Source of the DNA: an uncultured Solirubrobacterales bacterium | GTDB lineage: Bacteria; Actinomycetota; Thermoleophilia; Solirubrobacterales; Solirubrobacteraceae | NCBI GenBank assembly: GCA_963763785.1 | Contig: CAVXPW010000017.1 | Coordinates: 5,042 to 69,041, forward strand | Direction of reading: 5' to 3' | DNA: 64,000 bases | Shown: positions 17,376 to 24,483 of the stretch, piece after piece | Numbering within the stretch: the first letter of the stretch is position 1 | Layout: each line of letters opens with the position of its first letter | Notes under the pieces: generated by a model | What the model was told of the DNA's origin: nothing | Seen by the model: only the letters and a program-made list of their open reading frames with translations | Databases searched by the model: none | Program-made: the position numbers and the translations under genes

Positions 17376-18035
17376 ATGCACGCTGCCAGAAGACTCCTCG
17401 GCGGGCTCGCGGCGATGCTGGCGCTCAGCCTGGTCTGCGCGGCGCCGGTCCTGGCCGCGTCGGCGTTCGACAATCTCTTCAATGAGTACCAGTCGACCGG
17501 CTCGATCAAGGCGTGCAAGCACTCGACGGCCGAGCTCCAGGCGGCCAAGAACCAGGTCCCGCCCGACATCACCCAGTACGCCCCCGACTTCCCGGCGGCG
17601 ATCCAGGCGGCGCTCGAGGCGCGGGCCCGCGGCACCTGCGGCGGGGCGGCGGCGGCGGCGACCGTCGGCGGCGCCGGGGTCCCCGGCTCACCGAGTTCGG
17701 CGACCGGCGGCGTGGCCGCGACGGCGGCCGTCTCGGGCACGGCGCCCGGGGCGACACCGGCGCCGCTCGGCTCGCAGGCGCAGGCGTCGCCGATCGCGAC
17801 GGCCGCCCTCCGCGCCGGGGGCGGCGGCGCGTCGAGCGCTCCGGCTCCGCTGATCGCCCTGGCCGTCCTCCTGATCGGGCTCGCCCTGGCGGCGATCTGG
17901 TGGACGGTGACGACCGTGCGCGGCGGCCCGCAGCCGGCCGGGATGAGCTCGACCGGGCACGCGATGGGCGAGGTTCGCTTACGCGCCGGCGGGATGCTGC
18001 GCGAGTTCGCCGACTGGCTGCGGCTCGGTCGCTGA
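17376..18035 (+). CDS. Hypothetical secreted protein with a C-terminal membrane anchor
   Basis: Signal peptide MHAARRLLGGLAAMLALSLVCAAPVLAAS, an Ala/Gly/Thr-rich linker and a C-terminal TM (LIALAVLLIGLALAAIWW). Confidence 0.65.
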   Translation: MHAARRLLGGLAAMLALSLVCAAPVLAASAFDNLFNEYQSTGSIKACKHSTAELQAAKNQVPPDITQYAPDFPAAIQAALEARARGTCGGAAAAATVGGAGVPGSPSSATGGVAATAAVSGTAPGATPAPLGSQAQASPIATAALRAGGGGASSAPAPLIALAVLLIGLALAAIWWTVTTVRGGPQPAGMSSTGHAMGEVRLRAGGMLREFADWLRLGR

Positions 18036-18150
18036 CCGGGCGCGGTTCGGTCTCGGCGACCGGGTATCGATCTGCCTGCTCGGGTGCCCTCAGAACCCGC
18101 TCGGACCGCTGATTCCCGGCCGCCGAGCCGGCCGATCGGGCGGGGCTCCT

Positions 18151-18159
18151 TGCTATAAT
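18151..18159 (+). promoter_or_regulatory. Extended -10 promoter element TGCTATAAT upstream of nrdJ
   Basis: TG-n-TATAAT read directly at 18151-18159, the only perfect TATAAT I noticed. It sits about 160 nt upstream of the nrdJ ATG. Confidence 0.55.
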
Positions 18160-18319
18160 TTCGCTGCATAGAGCGGAATTCCGCCGCTGGCGGGGTGCGG
18201 TCCGCCGGGTCGTTTCACACACCGGTCGGGCCACCCTCCCAAGCGAAGGGGATGCCGTCCGACCGGTTTGCCAACATCGTCGACCCCGAATACGGAAAGC
18301 CAGTCAGAGGAGCAGGTCG

Positions 18320-21214
18320 ATGGAAGTCATCCCGCAGCCGAGAACGACCGCCGAAGTCGAGCCAGGCGAGGCGCTGTCGATCGCGCGCCGCTTCACCACG
18401 AACGGAGTTCATCCCTTCGACACCGTCGAGTGGGAGCGCCGGGATGCCCGGATCGCGCATGGCGACCACGTCGCGTTCGAGCAACCCGACCTCGAGTTTC
18501 CAAAGACCTGGTCGCAGAACGCGACCAACATCGTCGCGCAGAAGTACTTTCGCGGCCAGCTGGACTCGCCGTCGCGCGAGCGGTCGGTCAAGCAGATGAT
18601 CGGCCGGGTGTCGGGGACGATCGCCGAGTGGGGCCGGGCGCGCGGCTATTTCGCCACGCCGGAGGCGGCCGACGCCTTCGAGGACGAGCTGACCTTCATC
18701 CTGCTTCACCAATATGCGGCCTTCAACTCCCCGGTGTGGTTCAACGTCGGGTTCGAGGAGAACCCGCAGATCGCGGCATGCTTCATCCTTTCGGTCGAGG
18801 ACACGATGGAGTCGATCCTCGACTGGAACACGAAGGAGGGGATGATCTTCCGGGGTGGTTCCGGTTCGGGCATCAACCTGTCGAACATCAGAGGGTCGAT
18901 GGAGCCGCTGGCCAAGGGCGGGTCGGCGTCTGGTCCTGTGTCGTTCATGCGCGGGGCCGACGCCTGGGCGGGGACGATCAAGTCCGGCGGCAAGACTCGG
19001 CGGGCGGCGAAGATGGTCGTGCTGAACATCGACCATCCGGACATCCGCGAGTTCATCTGGTGCAAGGCCAAGGAGGAGGAGAAGGCGGCGGCCCTGCGGG
19101 ACGCCGGCTTCGATATGTCGATCGACGGCGATGGCTTCCGCTCGATCCAGTATCAGAACGCGAATAACTCGGTCCGGGTGACGGACGAGTTCATGCGTGC
19201 GGTCGAGGCGGACGGTGACTGGCATCTCCTTAGCCGAGTCACGGGCCAGCCGATCGGCGACCCGGTGTCGGCGCGCGACCTCATGCGCGACATTGCCGAG
19301 GCCGCTTGGCGCTGCGCCGATCCGGGCGTTCAGTACGACACGACGATCAACCGCTGGCACACCTGCCCGGCGAGCGGACGCATCAACGCGTCAAATCCGT
19401 GCAGTGAATATCTGCACGTCGACGATTCGGCGTGCAACCTCGCGTCGCTGAACCTCATGAAGTTCCGTCGTCCCGACGGGAGCTTCGCGGTGGGCGAGTT
19501 CGAGCACGCGGTTGACATCATGCTCCTCGCGCAGGAGATCCTCGTCGGCCCGTCGAGTTACCCGACGGAGAAGATCGGGATCAACGCACGGGCCTTCCGC
19601 CAGCTGGGCTTGGGCTACGCCAACCTCGGCGCGTACCTGATGTCGAACGGCATGCCCTATGACTCGGAGGCCGGGCGGACGGCGGCGGCGGCGATCACCT
19701 CGCTGATGACCGGCCGCGCCTACGCGCAGTCGGCGCGCGTGGCGGCGGGACTCGGACCGTACGAGCGCTACGAGCTCAACCGTGAGGCGCACAACAAGGT
19801 CATCCGGATGCATCGTGACGCGGCCTATGAGATTTCGGCGGGGGAGAGGGTCGACCAGGGGCTGCTGATCGCGGCGCGGGAGGCCTGGGACGAGGCACTC
19901 GCACTGGGTGAGCGTTTCGGCTACCGCAACGCCCAGGCCACCGTCTTGGCGCCGACGGGGACCATATCCTTTTTGATGGACTGTGACACCACGGGTGTGG
20001 AGCCAGACTTTTCACTGGTCAAGTTCAAGGAGCTTGTCGGCGGCGGCCAGATGACGATCGTCAATCAGACGGTGCCCCTGGCGCTGGCCACGCTTGGTTA
20101 CTCGGACGAGGAGATCGAGCAGATCGCCGCCCACGTCAACGAGTTCGGGACGATCATCGGCGCCCCGGGCTTGGCCGATGAGCACCTTCCGGTGTTCGAC
20201 GTCGCGGTCGGCGCCCGAGCGATCTCGCACATGGGGCACATCAGGATGATGGCGGCGGTCCAACCGGCGATCAGCGGCGCGATCAGCAAGACGGTGAACA
20301 TGCCGCAGTCGGCGACGGTCGAGGACATCGCCGAGGCTTACACCGAGGCGTGGCGGCTGGGCGTCAAGGCGCTGGCGATCTACCGCGACGGGTCGAAGAC
20401 GGCGCAGGCGCTGCGGACCGACGCCCAGGACGAGCAGAGCGGGCCGCCGGTGGTCGACATCGAGGCGGAGATCGCCGCCGCGGTGGCCGAGGCGCCCCCG
20501 CGCCGGCGCAGGATGCCGCAGACGCGAGAGTCGATCACCCACAAGTTCTCGATCGGCGGCCACGAGGGCTACATCACGGCGGGGACCTACGAGGACGGGA
20601 CGCTCGGCGAGATCTTCCTGACCGACATCGGCAAGGAGGGGTCGACGCTCCGGGGAATGATGAACTCGTTCGCTACGGCGATCTCGATCGCCCTGCAGTA
20701 CGGCGTGCCGCTCGAGACCCTGGTCCAGAAGTTCAGCTTCATGCGCTTCGAGCCGGAAGGGATCACCCAGAACCCGGAGATCCCCTTCGCCAAGTCGATG
20801 CCCGACTACATCATGCGCTGGCTGGCCTCGCGCTTCCTCGATGCCGACATCCAGGCCGAGTACGGCATCCTCACCCCAGAGGTGCGGATGCTCAAGGCGG
20901 CCGAGGAGGCGGTCCAGTCGGTTTCCGGCGGTGACACCGCTGGCCCGGCCGCGGACACGCCGAGCCGTCCGCCGAGCAACGGAGGCGCCGGACGCAGGGC
21001 GTCGTCGGGGAACGGCGGCGGTGGATCGCACGTCCACCATGGCGGCGAACCGCGTCCGGCCTCGGCGGCGCTGACCGACACGCCACCCGTCGTGCCGGCT
21101 CGTCTGCAGGGACTCGACCTCGGCCCGGCGTGCGCCCAGTGCGGCGGGATGATGCAGCGCACCGGATCGTGCTACACGTGCGCGAGTTGCGGGAGCAACA
21201 CCGGCTGCGGGTAG
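18320..21214 (+). CDS. nrdJ: Adenosylcobalamin-dependent ribonucleoside-diphosphate reductase (class II)
   Basis: 964 aa. RBS GAGGAG lies 7 nt upstream of the ATG. Motifs: FTTNGVHPFDTVEWERRDARI, VAQKYFRG, SPVWFN, ACFI, RGGSG.G...S.IRG, active-site SNPCSEYL. A low-complexity linker is followed by the C-terminal Cys cluster CAQCGGMMQRTGSCYTCASCGSNTGCG. Confidence 0.95.
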   Translation: MEVIPQPRTTAEVEPGEALSIARRFTTNGVHPFDTVEWERRDARIAHGDHVAFEQPDLEFPKTWSQNATNIVAQKYFRGQLDSPSRERSVKQMIGRVSGTIAEWGRARGYFATPEAADAFEDELTFILLHQYAAFNSPVWFNVGFEENPQIAACFILSVEDTMESILDWNTKEGMIFRGGSGSGINLSNIRGSMEPLAKGGSASGPVSFMRGADAWAGTIKSGGKTRRAAKMVVLNIDHPDIREFIWCKAKEEEKAAALRDAGFDMSIDGDGFRSIQYQNANNSVRVTDEFMRAVEADGDWHLLSRVTGQPIGDPVSARDLMRDIAEAAWRCADPGVQYDTTINRWHTCPASGRINASNPCSEYLHVDDSACNLASLNLMKFRRPDGSFAVGEFEHAVDIMLLAQEILVGPSSYPTEKIGINARAFRQLGLGYANLGAYLMSNGMPYDSEAGRTAAAAITSLMTGRAYAQSARVAAGLGPYERYELNREAHNKVIRMHRDAAYEISAGERVDQGLLIAAREAWDEALALGERFGYRNAQATVLAPTGTISFLMDCDTTGVEPDFSLVKFKELVGGGQMTIVNQTVPLALATLGYSDEEIEQIAAHVNEFGTIIGAPGLADEHLPVFDVAVGARAISHMGHIRMMAAVQPAISGAISKTVNMPQSATVEDIAEAYTEAWRLGVKALAIYRDGSKTAQALRTDAQDEQSGPPVVDIEAEIAAAVAEAPPRRRRMPQTRESITHKFSIGGHEGYITAGTYEDGTLGEIFLTDIGKEGSTLRGMMNSFATAISIALQYGVPLETLVQKFSFMRFEPEGITQNPEIPFAKSMPDYIMRWLASRFLDADIQAEYGILTPEVRMLKAAEEAVQSVSGGDTAGPAADTPSRPPSNGGAGRRASSGNGGGGSHVHHGGEPRPASAALTDTPPVVPARLQGLDLGPACAQCGGMMQRTGSCYTCASCGSNTGCG

Positions 21215-21666
21215 TTGAGAAGTGTCCTGAGTTGTTCAGGGCAAATGTCGCGGTTCGTTCAGCGGCCGCCTCGCCGTCGGTTCTGGCGTGGCCTTCGCGT
21301 GGGCGGTCTACGGGATATAGGACGCCGGGGTCCGGCGGTTCGCTGAGGTCTGGGCCGAGGCCGTAGAACGCGTCGGGTGCTGGAACGATCTGCGTCCGCC
21401 CCTGGATGGTGCGCAGGACGCCTTGTCTGAGCAGGCTCTGAAGGGCGACGTGTTCGCTGTTTGACGCCGTCCTGAACGTCGTGGTGTGGATCTCGACTTG
21501 TGGTCCGGCGTTCCGGTATGAACGCGTCTGCAACTAGATGCGGTTCACGGCGAGCGTGAGCGGTTGAGGCAGGTGTTGGGCGAGCTTCTCGATGACGCGG
21601 TCGAGCTTGGCGCGCGAAGTCGATCCTCAGGCCCAACGCGCGGGGGGATCGCCATCGGTCAGATAG

Positions 21667-22773
21667 CTAGTGTACTGTTGCGAATACAGCTTTACAGCGG
21701 GAGGCCTTTTCGAGGATTGCGTCGATTGAGGCGGTCCAGACGAAGGGTTTGGGGTCGTCGTTGTGAGCGTCGAGGTATTGCTCGATTGCGGCTTGGAGGT
21801 CGGGGACGCTGTAGAACACGCCGCGGCGAATCGCTTTGTCGGTGAGTTCTCGGAACCACCGCTCGACGAGGTTCAGCCATGAGCTCGACGTCGGCGTGAA
21901 GTGGAGGTGGAACCGGGGGTGCTTCTCGAGCCAGTGGTTGACGTTGTCGTGCTTGTGGGTGCGGTAGTTGTCGACGATTAGGTGTAGGTCCTGGTCGCCG
22001 GGGAACTCGCGGTCGAGGGTCCGCAGGAACTTGAGGAACTCCTGGTGGCGGTGGCGCGGCAGGCATTGCCCGACGACGCTTCCATCCAGGGTGTTCAGCG
22101 CGGCGAACAAGGTCGTGGTGCCGTTGCGTTTGTAGTCGTGGGTCATCGTCCCGGCGCGACCCTTCTTCATCGGCAGACTCGCCTGCGTGCGATCCAGGGC
22201 CTGGATTTGGCTTTTCTCGTCTACACAGAGGACGAGCGCCTTCTCCGGCGGGTTGAGGTAGAGCCCGACGACGTCGGTGAGCTTCTCGGTGAACCGCGGG
22301 TCGTTGGACAGCTTGAACGAGCGCTGCCGGTGCGGCTTGAGGCCATGCGCGTCCCAGATGCGCTGCACCGTCGCCGGGCTCACGCCCTGAGCCTTGGCCA
22401 TCGAGCGGCAACTCCAGTGCGTCTCCCCCGGGGGCGTAGTCGTAGTCGTGGCGTCCACGATCGCCTTGACCTTCGCGGCGGTGATCGTCCTGGGCCGCCC
22501 ACGCCCCGCCTTCACCTCGGTCAACGCCTGCGGCCCGCTAGACTTGAACCGCTCGCGCCACAGAATCACCGTCGGGCGACTCACGTCAAGGTCTCGGGCG
22601 ATCGCACTGTTCGAATGGCCCTCGGCAGCCAGCAGCACGATCCGCGCCCGAGTGGCCACGCTCTGCGGCGTCCCATGCGCGCGCGCCCAGCGCTCAAGCA
22701 CCACCCTTTGCTCGTCAGAAACCTCGCTCAAGACCGCTGTCAGCGCCACCACCAGGGACGCTACTGCACCCAC
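21667..22773 (-). CDS. IS630-family DDE transposase
   Basis: N-terminal HTHs (HSNSAIARDLDVSRPTVILWRERF; VSPATVQRIWDAHGLKPH). DDE triad context VLCVDEKSQIQAL, LIVDNYRTHK and LNLVERWFRELT. Confidence 0.95.
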   Translation of the reverse strand: MGAVASLVVALTAVLSEVSDEQRVVLERWARAHGTPQSVATRARIVLLAAEGHSNSAIARDLDVSRPTVILWRERFKSSGPQALTEVKAGRGRPRTITAAKVKAIVDATTTTTPPGETHWSCRSMAKAQGVSPATVQRIWDAHGLKPHRQRSFKLSNDPRFTEKLTDVVGLYLNPPEKALVLCVDEKSQIQALDRTQASLPMKKGRAGTMTHDYKRNGTTTLFAALNTLDGSVVGQCLPRHRHQEFLKFLRTLDREFPGDQDLHLIVDNYRTHKHDNVNHWLEKHPRFHLHFTPTSSSWLNLVERWFRELTDKAIRRGVFYSVPDLQAAIEQYLDAHNDDPKPFVWTASIDAILEKASRCKAVFATVH

Positions 22774-22802
22774 CCGATCCTGTCAAGGCATTTACGAGAC
22801 AC
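21670..22802 (-). mobile_element. IS630-family insertion sequence (about 1133 bp) flanked by a TA/TA target duplication
   Basis: Ends read GTGT... (21670) and ...ACAC (22802), with TA at 21668-69 and 22803-04. The inverted repeats are only weakly similar beyond GTGT and a CTT(T/G)ACAG block, so the boundaries are approximate. Confidence 0.7.
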
Positions 22803-23018
22803 TACATAGGCGGTTATCGGCTCGATCGCCACGCGTAGCTTGTGCAAGCCGCCGCGCATGCGGCCCCTGACCGTTCCAATTGGCAGGCCGAGCTCGTTGG
22901 CGATCTCGGTAGGGGTCAGCCCGCCGTAGAAGGCGAGGACGATGACTTCTCGCTGCGCGTACCACTCCCCCCACTTGACCGGTGCCATAGGGAGTAGCCT
23001 GAAGTTGTCGGAGTTCAC
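22761..23018 (-). pseudogene. Remnant of an ECF sigma factor (region 4 only), 3' end altered by the IS630 insertion
   Basis: QREVIVLAFYGGLTPTEIANELGLPIGTVRGRMRGGLHKLR is a sigma-70 region 4 HTH. An in-frame stop lies 5 codons upstream of the GTG and there is no region 2. The IS junction falls after ...EPITAY; removing the IS plus one TA gives ...YVAI-stop. Confidence 0.7.
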
Positions 23019-23095
23019 GCGCCGCGACGACTAGAGCGCGCGCACGGGTGCTCCCAGAGAGCCATCGCTGATGGCTAGGAGGTCCTGAGACCCTT

Positions 23096-23254
23096 ATGAT
23101 CGCGTTAGGCGTCATACTTCTCATCGTCGCCGTCCTTGTACCCAAGCTCGCCGTCCTCTGGGCGGTCGGCATCATCGTCTTGGTCGTCGGCATCATCCTG
23201 GCGGTTCTCGGGTCGATGGGACGAGCCGTCGGCGGCCGGCGCCACTACTACTGA
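23096..23254 (+). CDS. 52-aa two-TM small membrane protein (not in the ORF track, below 60 aa)
   Basis: AGGAGG at 23077-23082 is followed by ATG 23096. Translation: MIALGVILLIVAVLVPKLAVLWAVGIIVLVVGIILAVLGSMGRAVGGRRHYY-stop. From memory this resembles widespread actinobacterial small proteins ending GRAVGGRRHY[YW]; family name not asserted. Confidence 0.65.
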   Translation: MIALGVILLIVAVLVPKLAVLWAVGIIVLVVGIILAVLGSMGRAVGGRRHYY

Positions 23255-23287
23255 AGCGCCGGTCCCGGGTCAGGGAGAGCTGACGCG

Positions 23288-24127
23288 ATGAGGAGTCACG
23301 CTCGGCTGGGCGCTGTCGCCGGCGCCCAGCGTCGCGGCGAGGCGGTCGCCCGACGGCCCGAGTTCGTCTGGCTGGCCCGGGCCGGACTGATCGCTCGGGG
23401 CGTCTCCTACGGCATCATTGGGATCCTCGCCTTGAAGCTCGCCGTCGGGTCGGGCGGCAAGGCGACCAACCAGCGTGGGGCCTTGGAGAAGGTCGCCCAG
23501 CAGCCCTTTGGCCAGGCGCTGCTCTTAGCGATGGCGGTCGGGCTCGCCGGCTACGCGCTCTGGCGCCTGGTGCGGGCCGGGATCGGTCACGGCACGCGCG
23601 AGAAGGACTCGACCGGTGAGCGCCTCGCCGGTCTGCTCAGCGGCCTCGCGTACGCCGCGCTCTGCATCACCGCGGTGAAGATCCTGGTCGGCGCGAGCAC
23701 CACCGGCGGCGCGAACAACCCGCAGAAGGCCACCGCCGGCGTGCTGGCCTGGACGGGCGGGACCCTGATCGTCGGGCTCACCGGCGCCGTCCTGATCGGC
23801 GTAGGCGTCTACCAGGGCTACAAGGGCGTCTCGAAGAAGTTCCTCCACGACTCGAAGGTCTACATGATGAGCCGCGAGGTCAAGCGCGCCTTCACCGCCG
23901 TCGGCGTCTTCGGCCACCTCGGTCGGATGGTGGTCTTCGCGCTCGTCGGCTACGGGCTCATCAAAGCCGGACTCGACTACGACCCGCACCGGGCGATCGG
24001 GCTGGACGGCGCCCTCAACGAACTGGCGCACCACGCCGAGGGGCCCTTCCTGCTGGGGGTCGTCGCCCTCGGGCTGATCGGGTTCGCGCTCTACTCGATC
24101 GCCGACGCCCGCTACCGGAAGATCTAG
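23288..24127 (+). CDS. DUF1206-domain membrane protein
   Basis: Three repeats of a paired-TM unit (ARAGLIARGVSYGIIGILALKLA...; LSGLAYAALCITAVKIL...; GHLGRMVVFALVGYGLIKA...), as in DUF1206 proteins. Confidence 0.7.
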   Translation: MRSHARLGAVAGAQRRGEAVARRPEFVWLARAGLIARGVSYGIIGILALKLAVGSGGKATNQRGALEKVAQQPFGQALLLAMAVGLAGYALWRLVRAGIGHGTREKDSTGERLAGLLSGLAYAALCITAVKILVGASTTGGANNPQKATAGVLAWTGGTLIVGLTGAVLIGVGVYQGYKGVSKKFLHDSKVYMMSREVKRAFTAVGVFGHLGRMVVFALVGYGLIKAGLDYDPHRAIGLDGALNELAHHAEGPFLLGVVALGLIGFALYSIADARYRKI

Positions 24128-24483
24128 ATCGACACCAACGAGAAAGGCTCAACCGGCCCGCTCTGAGGCGGGGCAATCCGGTGCACGTGGCGGGTGTGCC
24201 CCGCGATGAGACAATTCCGCGACGCGGCGGCTAGAACTTTCGCGACAGTTCACAAGTTGTCAAGGGACGCGGTAGTTTTCCGCCGTGGGTTCTCGACGGT
24301 CCGCCGGCCGGAAACCGACCGGCGTACGTCGCTGTCGGCAAACGACGTTCTCGACGTACGCGATTCGCCACGTCGAGGAGCCGAGAAGCTGTTGAGGCTG
24401 ACCGGCGAGCGGCGGATTCCTGGCCGCTAGAATCATGGTGACATAGACGTCGCCGAGCGGCGAGTGAAGGCAGAGAGGGTCGC

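Noticed and set aside
18160-18319. Cobalamin riboswitch or NrdR boxes in the nrdJ leader.
   Set aside because: Only short, scattered resemblances to the B12-box/core (AGTCAG, GCGGTCCGCC, GCCACC). No GCCACTG core and no AT-rich 16-bp NrdR palindromes. B12 repression of a B12-dependent RNR would also be counter-intuitive. Kept only as an unassigned structured leader.
20892-21533. 213-aa reverse-strand ORF.
   Set aside because: More than 300 nt of it overlaps the 3' end of nrdJ on the opposite strand, with an Arg-rich translation there. Only its first ~70 codons look protein-like, so they are treated as a gene remnant.
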